From Chloroflexota bacterium (GTDB lineage Bacteria > Chloroflexota > UBA11872 > VXOZ01): a stretch of DNA of 64,000 nucleotides. The translations under genes were made by a program, and so were the position numbers. The notes under the pieces are model-generated. The model ran no database searches. It was not told the origin of the DNA and saw only the letters and a program-made list of their open reading frames with translations. Positions 27,940 through 38,146 of the stretch are shown here, piece after piece (positions within the stretch are counted from its first letter, which is position 1; every line of letters starts with the position of its first letter). The stretch lies in NCBI GenBank assembly GCA_963662335.2, contig CAXXVD010000002.1:288001-352000 (forward strand). The letters run 5' to 3'.

Positions 27940-29511
27940 GTGGCCCCCCTGTCTCGTTTGTTGAGCGTCTTCCTGGCGCTTATTTTGATGGGTCTATCAC
28001 TGGCGACCGCGTCGGCAGGGGATAATCACCCCGCGAAGAGCACGTACGGCGCTACGGTATCGCTTTCCCGTATCGACTCCACAGCCGCGGACAAGATACA
28101 CGTGGGGACGGCATTGCAGTTCCGCGTCTTCGTCAGACGGGGCGACCATGATATTCGTGCCGGTACCACGGTGTTCGGCGTGACGCGCGGCAGCTCTCTC
28201 ACCGCGGTCATCCCTGGTGACCCTAATGACCCTAATGACGGTGTGACGGCGAGCAATAGCCTCGTCTCCATGACGATCGACTACGTCGTTGCGGAAGGTG
28301 ATCTGGGCAATGCGGCGCGGCGCCTCGTTCCCTTCCAGGTACAGATGAGCTTTACGCCTGATCCTAGTAAATATACCGGGACTCATCCTGAAGCCACGGT
28401 CATGAGCAACATAATTGGCGTTTTCGTAACGAAGAGACCGGGCTCGGGCGATACCTCTTCGGGCGTAACCTTGGCGTTTGGTATCACTGAGCCGGATACG
28501 ATTGCCGTGGGGAAACAGGTCGGGTTCAGGCTGCGGGTGTCCACAAGCAAGTACGGGCTGCTTGGGAACAGTTTGATAATCCAGAAGCAGCTCTATGACG
28601 CTAACGGCGCCAAGAAGGGCGCGGCGAAGACCGTCACGCTGTTCGGCATTCCGCATCTTCTGAAAGGGGCAGTGAGCGAGGAGCAATCGCAGTCCTACAC
28701 GCTGCAAAAGGAAGACGTGGATGCCGGCGCCGGCCGGGTCGAGTTCTTCTATAGGTGGGTAGTCGAAGATTCGCACCTGCTGGACGCCAATGGGTCGCCT
28801 ACGGATGATCTCCGTGACGACTTCAGCCAGGTCTTCACGCGCAGTCATTTTCTGGGCGGAGCGCCGCCAACGCCGACACCGACACCTGCGGCCAGGGCTA
28901 CGGCGACACCGACGCCTGTGACGACAGTAGTCGGGAGGACGAGCGCGGCGACGGTTACGATTCGAGGGGCTCACCACGTCCACGTGGACCGGCGTGACGG
29001 GGGTCGGGACTTCGTCCTGGCGCTCGGTTATCTTGCGCCCAACGGCGCTCGCGGCTTCAATCCGCGCGGCTACATCCGCGACGGTGAGTCCCAGGGCCGA
29101 GGCGGCCAGACCTACGCCGTGGTGCGGCGCGAGGCGGACCAAGAGATCGTGCGCATCTGGATATCCCCCGAAAGCCCCGAGCGGGGCGAGGTGCCGTGGG
29201 ATACCGTGAAACTGCCGCCCTACACGGTGCCGGTGGGCGTCTTGAGCGCCATCAAGCTGGATGAGACGCGTCCGGTGGAGAACCAATTGGCGCGCCGCTT
29301 CGACGAGCGCAGCGATGGACGCATCTTCGTGTTCCGGAACAACGCCTGGCATTGGATCCCCGATATTCCCACGTTCGAGGCAGAGGGCTTCTATTGGTGC
29401 GACGTGACCGCGGCGGACGTCGACTTCTTCAGCCGCGCCAATATCGGAACTCCTTTGCCAAGCAGCGGCACCGCGAAAGACCCGAACTATCCGAATTGCC
29501 ACTCCAAGTAA
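27940..29511 (+). CDS. Secreted/surface protein, paralog 3 (divergent; Pro/Thr linker)
   Basis: LSRLLSVFLALILMG signal peptide, YTLQKEDVDAG, PTPTPTP linker, GYIRD..QTYAVVRR..EGFYWCD..YPNC. Confidence 0.85.
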   Translation: MAPLSRLLSVFLALILMGLSLATASAGDNHPAKSTYGATVSLSRIDSTAADKIHVGTALQFRVFVRRGDHDIRAGTTVFGVTRGSSLTAVIPGDPNDPNDGVTASNSLVSMTIDYVVAEGDLGNAARRLVPFQVQMSFTPDPSKYTGTHPEATVMSNIIGVFVTKRPGSGDTSSGVTLAFGITEPDTIAVGKQVGFRLRVSTSKYGLLGNSLIIQKQLYDANGAKKGAAKTVTLFGIPHLLKGAVSEEQSQSYTLQKEDVDAGAGRVEFFYRWVVEDSHLLDANGSPTDDLRDDFSQVFTRSHFLGGAPPTPTPTPAARATATPTPVTTVVGRTSAATVTIRGAHHVHVDRRDGGRDFVLALGYLAPNGARGFNPRGYIRDGESQGRGGQTYAVVRREADQEIVRIWISPESPERGEVPWDTVKLPPYTVPVGVLSAIKLDETRPVENQLARRFDERSDGRIFVFRNNAWHWIPDIPTFEAEGFYWCDVTAADVDFFSRANIGTPLPSSGTAKDPNYPNCHSK

Positions 29512-29580
29512 ACGGGGCGTTCGGGCTCGTGCTGGTGCGACGGCGCACACGGCGCCGCTAGTCCGGTAAGATGCTGAACG

Positions 29581-29616
29581 CAGAGCCGGTGTCCGCGCGC
29601 GAGGACACCGGCTCTG
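29581..29616 (+). terminator. Terminator-like hairpin, unit 3
   Basis: cagagccggtgtcc / ggacaccggctctg, same stem as units 1 and 2. Confidence 0.6.
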
Positions 29617-29739
29617 GCATTGTCCCCCCTCACCCCGGCCCGCTCCCTGGGAGAGGGGGCAAGAAGAGCTGATTGGCTCCGGTTCCCTCTCCCGGCGGGA
29701 AGGTTAGGGAAAGGGGGCGGAATGCGATAGGGAGGCGCA

Positions 29740-30747
29740 GTGACACCACGCTTCTATGACGTAGCCCGCCTGCGGGCGTGGCGCGCGCGCATTGCCGCGC
29801 TGGACGCGGCCGCGGCGCCGGCGGCGGACGTGATTGCGCCGCCGGGCGCGGCTGCGGCCGGGGCCGCGGCGGTGGTGGCCGGGTCGTTCAATCCGCCGAC
29901 CGCCGCGCACCTGAGCCTCTGCGACGGCGCGCTGCGCCAGCCGGGGATCGAGACGGTGTGGCTGGTGCTGGCGGTGCGCACCGTTGATAAGGAAGCGGTG
30001 ACCGGCGCCTGCCTGGAAGACCGCCTGCTGCTGCTATCGATGCTGGCGGCGGCGCGGCCCAACGTGGGCGTGGCCCTCTGCAACCGGGGCCTCTACGTGG
30101 AACAGGCCGCGGCGCTGCGCGTGCAGATCGTGCCGCCGGCACGGGAACTGGTGTTCGTGGTGGGCTACGATAAGATCGAACAGATCTTCGACGGGCGCTA
30201 CTATACGGCGCGGGAGGCTAGCCTGGCACGGCTCTTTGGGCTGGCGCGGTTTCTGGTGGCCGCGCGCGATGGGCACGGCCGCCACGCCCTGGCCGCCCTG
30301 CTGGCTCAAAGCGAGAATCGGCTCTATCAACACCGCGTGGCCGCGCTGACGACCCTGCCCGCAGATCACGACCCAACCCTCTCCTCAACCCAGGTGCGCG
30401 CGGCCTACGCCCAGGACGCGGCGCGGGAAACAACGGACGGGCAGGGCGCGACTGCGGCGGCCGCGAGTTGGGGCGCGCCGGATGTGGTGTGGGCGTTTGC
30501 GCGGGAGACCGGGGTCTACGCGCCGCCGCTGGCGCTGCCCGGCGGCGAGACGGTGGACCGCTACGGAATGCGGCTGCGGCTGCTGGAGGCGCTGGCGGCG
30601 GAACCGGCAAGCGACTTTGCGGCGGCTGAATTCGCGGCGGCGGTGCGGCTGGCAACGGCGGACTCAGCGGCCGGCCGCGCGCTGCGCCGCCTGCTGGCGG
30701 GGAATGCGGTAACGCTAGCGGCGATTCGCGCGCGGGTGCAGGCGTGA
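29740..30747 (+). CDS. Nucleotidylyltransferase (NMN/NaMN adenylyltransferase-like)
   Basis: GSFNPPTAAH, VGYDK..IFD.RYY, LSSTQVR. Confidence 0.75.
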   Translation: MTPRFYDVARLRAWRARIAALDAAAAPAADVIAPPGAAAAGAAAVVAGSFNPPTAAHLSLCDGALRQPGIETVWLVLAVRTVDKEAVTGACLEDRLLLLSMLAAARPNVGVALCNRGLYVEQAAALRVQIVPPARELVFVVGYDKIEQIFDGRYYTAREASLARLFGLARFLVAARDGHGRHALAALLAQSENRLYQHRVAALTTLPADHDPTLSSTQVRAAYAQDAARETTDGQGATAAAASWGAPDVVWAFARETGVYAPPLALPGGETVDRYGMRLRLLEALAAEPASDFAAAEFAAAVRLATADSAAGRALRRLLAGNAVTLAAIRARVQA

Positions 30748-30771
30748 ACGCTGGCGCCGGGAACGCGGGGC

Positions 30772-31305
30772 CTACTCCGGCTTGGGCTTATCCAGGTCTT
30801 CCGCGTCCAGGGAGTTGATGAACTCGCGGAAGACGCCCAGGCTCTCTTCCAGTTCGGGGTCCAGCGGGCTGCTCCGCTCGGATTCGTCCCCGTCTTCCCC
30901 GTCCTTGGTGGGGACGATGCCCGCGACCTCCAGCACGCTTTCGGCCACCAGGATCGGGGCGTCCGCGCGCACGGCCACGGCGATGGCGTCGCTGGGCCGG
31001 GCGTCGATCTCCACGTGGCGGCCGTTGTGATCGAGCACCACGCGCGCAAAGTACGTGCGGTCCGCCAGGTCGTTGATGAGAACGCTGACGACGGTGGCGC
31101 CGAGCGCGTCGATCAGGTTGACCAGGAGGTCGTGGGTGAGCGGCCGGGGAAAGGTGCGCTTGTGGAGCTTGATGGCGATGGACTCGGCTTCGGCAATGCC
31201 AATGACGATGGCAAGGTAGCGCTCCTGCTCCTTTTCGCGCAGGATGACGACCCGCGTCGGGTTGGACGGGTTCTGCGGGATGCTCTGTATCACCATCTCG
31301 ATCAT
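30772..31305 (-). CDS. Bifunctional nuclease family protein (DUF151)
   Basis: IGIAEAESI, RPLTHDL, IDARPSDAIAVA. Confidence 0.9.
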   Translation of the reverse strand: MIEMVIQSIPQNPSNPTRVVILREKEQERYLAIVIGIAEAESIAIKLHKRTFPRPLTHDLLVNLIDALGATVVSVLINDLADRTYFARVVLDHNGRHVEIDARPSDAIAVAVRADAPILVAESVLEVAGIVPTKDGEDGDESERSSPLDPELEESLGVFREFINSLDAEDLDKPKPE

Positions 31306-31351
31306 GGTCGTGCTTTCGTGGCGGCGCGTTGGCTCTCGCTACCGTTCTAGT

Positions 31352-32578
31352 TTACTCTGCCGGCTGGTCTAGCTCAAATGCGCGGTGCAGGGCCTGGGCC
31401 GCGCGCTTGGCGTCGTCCTCGTGCACCAGGCAGGTAATCCTAATCTCGCTGGTGGTGATGCTCTCGATGTTGATGCTCGGCTCCGCCAGCGCGCCGAACA
31501 TGCGCGCCGCCACGCCGGGCGTGCTCTGAATGCCGGTGCCCACAATCGAGACCTTGGCGAGATTGGCAAAGTGCAGCACGTCGGCGGCGCCTAGCGACTG
31601 GGAGGCGCCTTCCACGAGTTCCAGCGTCTTCGCCAGGTCGTCGCGGGAGACGGTGAACGAGATGTCGGTGATGCCGTCGTGGCTGATGTTCTGCACGATC
31701 ACGTCGATGTTGATGCCGTCGTCGGCCAGCGGCTGGAAGAGGCCGTGGGCAATGCCGGGACGGTCGGGGATGCCGAGCACGGAAATCTTGGCGACGTCGG
31801 TATCGACGGCAATGCCGCGAATGCGTTGGGCGTCTTTCTCCATATCCTCTCCTCGCGTGATCACGGTACCGGAATCGTGGTTGAATGACGAGCGCACGAC
31901 GATGGGCATGTCGAAGAGTTCGGCCAGTTCCACCGCGCGGGCGTGCATCACGCGGGCGCCGAGCTTGGCCAACTCCAGCATCTCCTCGTGGGCGATGCGG
32001 TGGAGCTTGCGCGCGCTGGGAATCAGGCGCGGGTCGGCGGTGTAGATGCCGTCCACGTCTGTGTAGATCTCGCAGGCGTCGGCGTGCGCCGCAATGGCAA
32101 TAGCAACCGCGGTGGTGTCGGAGCCGCCGCGACCCAGGGTGGTCACGTCCAGGTCGTGGGTGACGCCCTGGAAACCGGCCACGATGACGATGCGGCCGGC
32201 GGCGAGTTCCTGCTCTATGCGCGCCGGGTCGATGTCCACGATGCGCGCGCGGGAGTAGAAGGAGTCGGTGCGGATGCCCGCCTGCTGTCCGGTGAGCGCC
32301 ACGGCGTCGTAGCCCGTGTCGCGGAGAGACATGGAGAGCAAGGTGGAAGAGACGATCTCGCCGGTGGAAAGCAGCAGGTCCAGGTCGCGGCCGCCGGGGT
32401 CGCGCGAGACTTGATTGGCGAGGGCGATCAGGTCGTCGGTGGTGTCGCCCATGGCGGAAACCACGACGATCACGTCGTTGCCGGCGTCGCGGGCGGCGGC
32501 CAAACGCGCGGCCACGGCCTGGATGCGCTCCGCCGTCGCTACCGAACTGCCGCCGTATTTCTGCACCACTCGCGCCAC
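31352..32578 (-). CDS. lysC: Aspartate kinase
   Basis: [38 protein letters not shown] domains. Confidence 0.95.
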   Translation of the reverse strand: MARVVQKYGGSSVATAERIQAVAARLAAARDAGNDVIVVVSAMGDTTDDLIALANQVSRDPGGRDLDLLLSTGEIVSSTLLSMSLRDTGYDAVALTGQQAGIRTDSFYSRARIVDIDPARIEQELAAGRIVIVAGFQGVTHDLDVTTLGRGGSDTTAVAIAIAAHADACEIYTDVDGIYTADPRLIPSARKLHRIAHEEMLELAKLGARVMHARAVELAELFDMPIVVRSSFNHDSGTVITRGEDMEKDAQRIRGIAVDTDVAKISVLGIPDRPGIAHGLFQPLADDGINIDVIVQNISHDGITDISFTVSRDDLAKTLELVEGASQSLGAADVLHFANLAKVSIVGTGIQSTPGVAARMFGALAEPSINIESITTSEIRITCLVHEDDAKRAAQALHRAFELDQPAE

Positions 32579-32832
32579 GTAGGCGTGTTCTCCTTAATCG
32601 TCAATGCTCTTTGCGCCCCGCCGCCGCGTGCTCACGGAGGCTAGCCGGGGCTCAGAACACAGCAAAGCGCGCGCTAGAGCGCGCCTGCCCCGCTGCCGGC
32701 CGGGTTGCGCCCGCGCGAGCGGCAGCGGCGCTGCGGCTGGCAGGCGGTGGGGACATTTGCTACATTATATCATGCGTTAGCCGCCGCCACGGCCTGGATA
32801 CTGGGCACGAGCGGCCCTGTGGGAAGAGGCAG

Positions 32833-33792
32833 ATGTCGTACACCGTTGTCTTGGCCGACCCTATTCACGAGCAGGGGATCGCCATTCTGGAGCAGATCGC
32901 TACGGTGCGCCAGGCAAGTCAAGCCGGCGGCCGGCCCGTGACCGGCCAGATTCGCGACGCTCACGCCGTCGTCACGCGCCTCACGAAAGTGACGCCCGCC
33001 CTCATCGACGCGGCGCCGCACTTGCGCGCCATTTCGCGGCACGGGGTGGGCGTGGATAGCGTGGACGTGGCCTACGCCACCGCGCGGGGCATCCCGGTGC
33101 TCTATACGCCCGCCGCCAACGCGGAATCGGTGGCGGAACACACGCTGGGGCTCATGCTGGCGGTGAGCAAGATGATCCTGCTCGGCGACCGCGCCCAGCG
33201 CAACGGCGATTTCCAGTCCCGCACGCGCCTCATCGGCCTGGAACTCTACGGCAAGACGCTGGGGATTGTGGGCGCGGGCCGGGTGGGCGGCCGGGTGGCG
33301 CGCATGTGCCGCGCCGCGCTGGACATGCGGGCGCTCGCCTACGACCCGTACCTGGCGGCGGACGACGCCCGCCTGCGGGGCGTAGAGCTTGTGGACGATC
33401 TCTCCGCGCTGCTGCAAGAGGCGGACTACATCTCGCTGCACGCGCCGCTCACGGCGGAAACGCGCGGCCTCATCGATGCGCGCGCATTCAATCTGATGAA
33501 GCCGACGGCCATTCTCATCAACTGCGCGCGCGGCGGTATTGTGAATGAAGATGCGCTGGCGACGGCGCTGCTGGAAGGCCAGATCGCCGGCGCGGCCATC
33601 GACGTCTGGCAGCAAGAGCCCCCGCCGGCGGACCATCCCCTCTTCAACCTGGAAAACGTGATCGTCAGCCCCCACATGGCGGCCCACACGGAAGAAGCGA
33701 TGATTCGCATGGCGACCACGCTCGCGCTGGATATTACGCGCGTCTTGCAGGGCGAGCGGCCGCATTTCTGCGTCAATCCGGAAGTCATCTAA
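32833..33792 (+). CDS. D-isomer-specific 2-hydroxyacid dehydrogenase (SerA-like, no ACT domain)
   Basis: HGVGVD, SVAEH, GAGRVG, INCARGG, SPHMA. Confidence 0.88.
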   Translation: MSYTVVLADPIHEQGIAILEQIATVRQASQAGGRPVTGQIRDAHAVVTRLTKVTPALIDAAPHLRAISRHGVGVDSVDVAYATARGIPVLYTPAANAESVAEHTLGLMLAVSKMILLGDRAQRNGDFQSRTRLIGLELYGKTLGIVGAGRVGGRVARMCRAALDMRALAYDPYLAADDARLRGVELVDDLSALLQEADYISLHAPLTAETRGLIDARAFNLMKPTAILINCARGGIVNEDALATALLEGQIAGAAIDVWQQEPPPADHPLFNLENVIVSPHMAAHTEEAMIRMATTLALDITRVLQGERPHFCVNPEVI

Positions 33793-33854
33793 GCGCCATT
33801 GGCTGACCGCAATCTGCTAAACATAATCTGCCGGCAACCACGGAGGAACGAAAG

Positions 33855-34700
33855 GTGGAGACACCGTTTCAGGGGGTAGTCGACTCAATCGTCGAACTGC
33901 GCGCCCTCGCCAATCAGGTAGTCGTCATCAAGATCGGCGGCAACGTTCTGCCCCATCATGAGGCGTTCTGCGAGGACGTCGAGACGCTGTGGGAATCGAG
34001 AGTGCTGCCGGTTATCGTGCACGGCGGCGGCAAGGCGGTGACGGACTGGGAGAAGACCCTGGGCCGGGAAGCCTCGTTCGCGCAGGGTTTGCGGGTGACG
34101 GACGCGGATGCCCTGGAGCTTGTGCAGATGGTGCTCGCCGGCAAGGTGAATAGCGACCTGGTGGCGATGTTCAACGCGCGCTATATCAAGGCAATCGGCC
34201 TGACCGGCGCGGATGGGGAACTGCTTATCGCGAAACCGCGCGAAAAACCCGCCGGGCTCGGCTTCGTGGGCGAGGTGACGGAGGTGAACGTGTCCATGTT
34301 CGTGACCCTTGGCGAGAACGGATTCGTGCCGGTCATCGCGCCGCTCGGCATGACGGAGGAGGGGCAATTCCTGAACATCAACGCCGATACGGTGGCGGGC
34401 GAAATTGCCAAAGCCCTGGCGGCGCGGCATCTCGTCCTGCTCACCGACGTGCCGGGCGTGCAGGACAAGGAAGGGAAGGTGCTGCCCAACCTCACCGTCG
34501 CGGAGGCGCGCAAGTTGATCCGTAACGGCACGATCAGCGGCGGCATGATTCCGAAAGTGACCGCGTGTTTGGACGCGATGAAGAAGGCGGGCTCCGCCCA
34601 CATTGTGGATGGCCGGGAGCCGCACGCCGTCTTGCGACAACTCCTTGGCAATGAACGCGTCGGCACGTGGTTCTATCCCCGCGGGCGGCCGGGCGCTTAG
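33855..34700 (+). CDS. argB: Acetylglutamate kinase
   Basis: KIGG, VHGGG, GLRVTD, NINAD, GGMIPKV. Confidence 0.93.
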   Translation: METPFQGVVDSIVELRALANQVVVIKIGGNVLPHHEAFCEDVETLWESRVLPVIVHGGGKAVTDWEKTLGREASFAQGLRVTDADALELVQMVLAGKVNSDLVAMFNARYIKAIGLTGADGELLIAKPREKPAGLGFVGEVTEVNVSMFVTLGENGFVPVIAPLGMTEEGQFLNINADTVAGEIAKALAARHLVLLTDVPGVQDKEGKVLPNLTVAEARKLIRNGTISGGMIPKVTACLDAMKKAGSAHIVDGREPHAVLRQLLGNERVGTWFYPRGRPGA

Positions 34701-34731
34701 CCCGGCCGGAGATGGCGCTAGCGCCTCGGGT

Positions 34732-35135
34732 GTAGGGGCACGACATGTCGTGCCCCTACGCCTCTTTTGTCAGACTGCCTGAAGGTGGTCCCTTTAGGAC
34801 ATAGCATCAGTGTGACAGCATTTGGGGCAAGCGCCGCGCTACGAGAAGAGGCAAGAGGCGGGGGACAAGCCCCCGCGCTACGGGAAAGGCGGGAGACGAG
34901 CCGCGGCGCTGTCGCGGAAGACCTGGTGGGTTCTTGCCGCTTCCCCGTCCATGCTTCGACAGGCTCAGCACGAACGGGGAAGCGGCAAGAACCGCGCACG
35001 CTCCTGCGCTTCCCTCGCCGTTTACCCTTCGACAGGCTCAGGGCGAACGGCTTGGAGACGAGATTGGTGTGAGTAGCATGGGAACGAGGCCCCGCGCTGC
35101 GGGCGACCGAGGCGAGGGACTAGCCCCCGCGCTAC
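34732..35135. repeat. Cluster of REP-like palindromes between argB and the convergent amidohydrolase gene
   Basis: ggggcacgacatgtcgtgcccc, ggggacaagcccccgcgctac and cttcgacaggctcag copies. Confidence 0.7.
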
Positions 35136-35156
35136 GGTGGATAGCAGAGGCGGGGA

Positions 35157-35927
35157 TCAGGCCAGGCCAAAGAGGCGCGCGGCGTTGTCGTGGGCGATCT
35201 GCCGGCGTTCGCCGGCGCTGATCTTGGCGTGTGCCAGCGCCATTGCCGGGGCCTCGGGCACGTGGAGCGGCAGGTTCGTGCCAAAGAGCACGTGGTCGGC
35301 CCCCATAGTGGCGCAGAGCTTTTCGATGTCCCCGACCGGCCCTTGCACCCGCGAGATTTCCACGTAGAGATTGTCCCGGCGCGTGGCCTCCGCCCAGACC
35401 GCGTTGAGCGCCGCGAACGCGCCGGCGGCGATGAGAAACCGCACGTCGGGAAAGGCCGACACGGCCGCTGCGAGTTCCGCGCCGGGCACGTCCGGGACCT
35501 TGACCAGCGGATGGTGGTGGCGGGTGTCCTCGATGCCTACGGTGAGGATGACGACGAAGTTGTGCGCGCGGGCCGCCGCCAGCGCCGCGTTGCCTGCCGC
35601 TGAATCCAGCGCGAACCGGTGGTAGTTCGGATGCAGCCGCATGACGCCCATGCCGAACTCTTCCACGCAAATCGCCAGGTCTTCTTCCCACCCGGGAAAC
35701 GTCGGGTTGAGCGTGAACGCCGGCAGGAAGCGATCGGCGTGAGTCTTCACCTGGTCGTGCAAAACACGGTTGCCGGCAAGCTGGTCTTTGTAGAAAACGT
35801 TGGGAAGCGGCGAGACCACGGCCCGCTCGATGCCGAGGGCGTCCAGCTTGCCGAGCAGGGCGTCCGGCGTAGTGTAGCGCAACGGGCGAAACGGCCAATT
35901 GCCCAGGTAGGCGTTGGCGTCGATCAT
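35157..35927 (-). CDS. Amidohydrolase family protein (Amidohydro_2-like; metal ligands degenerate)
   Basis: IDANAYLG, RLHPNYH, VLFGTNLP, DNAARL. Confidence 0.8.
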   Translation of the reverse strand: MIDANAYLGNWPFRPLRYTTPDALLGKLDALGIERAVVSPLPNVFYKDQLAGNRVLHDQVKTHADRFLPAFTLNPTFPGWEEDLAICVEEFGMGVMRLHPNYHRFALDSAAGNAALAAARAHNFVVILTVGIEDTRHHHPLVKVPDVPGAELAAAVSAFPDVRFLIAAGAFAALNAVWAEATRRDNLYVEISRVQGPVGDIEKLCATMGADHVLFGTNLPLHVPEAPAMALAHAKISAGERRQIAHDNAARLFGLA

Positions 35928-36712
35928 AGGGACGCTCCGTTCGCGTGCGTCTGGCGGGCGAAGACGGCCTGCGCATTGCGGTAGAGGATTCTTTCCCGCT
36001 GCTCCTCGTTCACGTCCGCGCCGTACACTTTCGCAAGCTGCGAGATGAGGGAGCGCCCCGGCGCGTCGCTGCCAAAGACGACGTGGTCGGCGGTCTCGTG
36101 CTCCACCAGGATGTCCACGTAGCCGTTCATCGCCTCGCCGCCGCCGAGATCCATGTAGACGTTGGGCAGGCCGCGGGCGCACTTGGCCCCGTATTCGTAG
36201 TCGCCGCCGCAGTGACCCCAGAAGAAGCTAACGTCCGGGTGCCGCAGCGCCAGTTCGCGCAGGTCCATGGGCGTGGACTCGCCGGGCAGATTGCCGGTGA
36301 CCTTGAACCACGTGTGCTGGAGCACCGGCAGCTTGTGGGCGGCGCAGAGGCGCATGATCGGGTCCAGGCGCGGGTCGTTGCAGCGCACCGCCACCCAGAG
36401 CTTGACCCCCTGCGGGCCGTCATGCGCCGCCACGCGCGCTTCAAGCTCCCGGCAGGCAAAGTCCTCGTGGGCGGGATTGAGGTACCACATGGGGATGATG
36501 CGCGCCGGCTGCGCGGCGGCAAGCTCGGCAGTCCAGTCGTTGCAGCGCCGCACCTCGTCCTCGGTGGGGCTCTGAGGCATACCGGAACCATCCTTAGGGC
36601 TCAGACTGTTGACGCAGAGGGTCACGTCGAGTTCTTCAGCCTGGCGCAGCAAGTACTGAAATCCGTGTGGGTCCGGCCCCAGGCGGGTATGGACGTGGAC
36701 GTCGATGATCAT
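35924..36712 (-). CDS. Amidohydrolase family protein
   Basis: IDVHVH, GVKLW, LQHTW, GHCGG, FGSD. Confidence 0.88.
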   Translation of the reverse strand: MIIDVHVHTRLGPDPHGFQYLLRQAEELDVTLCVNSLSPKDGSGMPQSPTEDEVRRCNDWTAELAAAQPARIIPMWYLNPAHEDFACRELEARVAAHDGPQGVKLWVAVRCNDPRLDPIMRLCAAHKLPVLQHTWFKVTGNLPGESTPMDLRELALRHPDVSFFWGHCGGDYEYGAKCARGLPNVYMDLGGGEAMNGYVDILVEHETADHVVFGSDAPGRSLISQLAKVYGADVNEEQRERILYRNAQAVFARQTHANGASL

Positions 36713-36841
36713 GGTGAAAGCGCTCTCCCAGCCGGATGCTCGCGGTACGCTACCGATTATACACGCAGACGCGCGCTTGGTTTCTTGGGCCAGGCAGGAA
36801 TATCCCATGATCCCTGGATTTCCCTCACCCTTTCACCTACA

Positions 36842-37010
36842 CGGTACCGGCGCAGAAGCGCGCTGGTGGAGCCGGCCTTCGGCCTGCGCAAAGAGTGGCC
36901 CGGCGCCCGGCGCTTCCTGCACAGAGGCCGCGCGCCGGTGGTGTCCGAATGGCGCCTGCTGTCTACGGCGTTCAATCTCAAGAGCCTCCACGCGCTGTGG
37001 CGCGCCAAGA
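36842..37010 (+). pseudogene. Transposase C-terminal remnant (IS1182/IS5-like DDE)
   Basis: RYRRRSALVEPAFGLRKE..RRFLHRG..VVSEWRLLSTAFNL resembles the C-terminal YxxRxxxVEPxFG..F..RG..V..EW...A.NL motif; no N-terminus. Confidence 0.7.
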
Positions 37011-37167
37011 ACGGCCCGGCTTGGCCCCTTGACGCCAGCCCCCCCCCCGCCATCTCCGTCACTTGCGCCACTTCCTTCATGGCATCCGCCTCTTTACATT
37101 CCGCCGCATCCTCGGTTGTACTATCATATACAAGGAACCACGTCACGCACCGCGAGGCCAACCCGAG

Positions 37168-37872
37168 ATGAACAACACCGCGCAGAACGACGCCCGCCCG
37201 CGACGGGAGAATCCGCTGCTCAGCCTGCTGCTCAACATCGTCGTGCCGGTGGTCATCCTCACGCGCTTCAGCGGCGACGAGTGGCTGGGGCCGGTGAACG
37301 GGCTGCTGGCCGCGCTGGCCTTTCCGCTGGCGTACGGCATCTTCGACTTCTACCAGCGGCGCACGTTCAACTTCCTGCCGGTGGTGGGCGTCGTCGGCAT
37401 CCTGCTCACCGGCGGCATCGGTTTGCTCAAGCTCGATCCCAAGTGGATTGCCGTCAAGGAGGCGGCCGTGCCGCTGGTCATCGGCATCGTCGTAATCGGT
37501 TCGCTCAAGACCCGCTTTTCGCTGCTGCCGATGCTGTTGCGGCAGGTGCTCGACAACGCGGCGGTGGAGGCCGCGCTCACCGCGCGCAACGCCCGGGCGG
37601 CGTATGAAAAGCGCCTGGTGAACGGCACCTTCATCATCGCCGCGTCGTTCTTCCTCTCCGCGCTCTTGAACTACATTCTGGCGCGCCTGGTGGTGGTGAG
37701 CACGCCGGGGACCACGGCCTTCAACGAAGAGTTGGGCAAGATGACGGCGCTGAGCTTTCCGGTGATTTCCGTGCCCGCCATCATCATCTTCACCATCGCC
37801 ATCTTCTACATCGTGTTCGGCATTCGCAAACTCACGGGCCTGGGCATCGAGCAGATCTTCCGCCAGCGGTAG
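37168..37872 (+). CDS. Integral membrane protein (VC0807-like)
   Basis: Multiple TM helices; ENPLLSLLLNIVVP, AVKEAAVP, FNEELGKMTALSFPVI. Confidence 0.75.
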   Translation: MNNTAQNDARPRRENPLLSLLLNIVVPVVILTRFSGDEWLGPVNGLLAALAFPLAYGIFDFYQRRTFNFLPVVGVVGILLTGGIGLLKLDPKWIAVKEAAVPLVIGIVVIGSLKTRFSLLPMLLRQVLDNAAVEAALTARNARAAYEKRLVNGTFIIAASFFLSALLNYILARLVVVSTPGTTAFNEELGKMTALSFPVISVPAIIIFTIAIFYIVFGIRKLTGLGIEQIFRQR

Positions 37873-37925
37873 GACGCGGCGGCTCTTTCCGGCCCGTCAT
37901 TCCCATGGAGACAGCGCGACGAACT

Positions 37926-38010
37926 CCGTCATTCCCGCGAACGCGGGAATCCATCCGCTCTTCGTTACGCGTAAGACCAAAATGGATTCCCGCGTGCGCG
38001 GGAATGACGG
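37926..38010. repeat. Inverted REP pair (family A, gtcattcccgc..gcgggaatcc)
   Basis: Same architecture at 45950-46023. Confidence 0.8.
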
Positions 38011-38146
38011 AGGGAATGACGGAAGCGGCCGCGCCGTTTTCATTGCAGTGACGCGCGCCGCCGATTGACGCCGCCGGCGCCTTGCGCCTATACTCGCCTT
38101 ATCAAGACAATGCAAGCGTGAATCGCAAGAAGGGATGTTAACCGCC

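Noticed and set aside
25798-29550. Long antisense ORFs (540 and 517 aa) and similar shadow ORFs across the window
   Set aside because: They mirror real genes on the opposite strand, as expected from high-GC codon bias, and have no recognisable motifs.
32579-32832. Lysine riboswitch upstream of lysC
   Set aside because: No recognisable L-box motifs; the region looks like a divergent promoter region.
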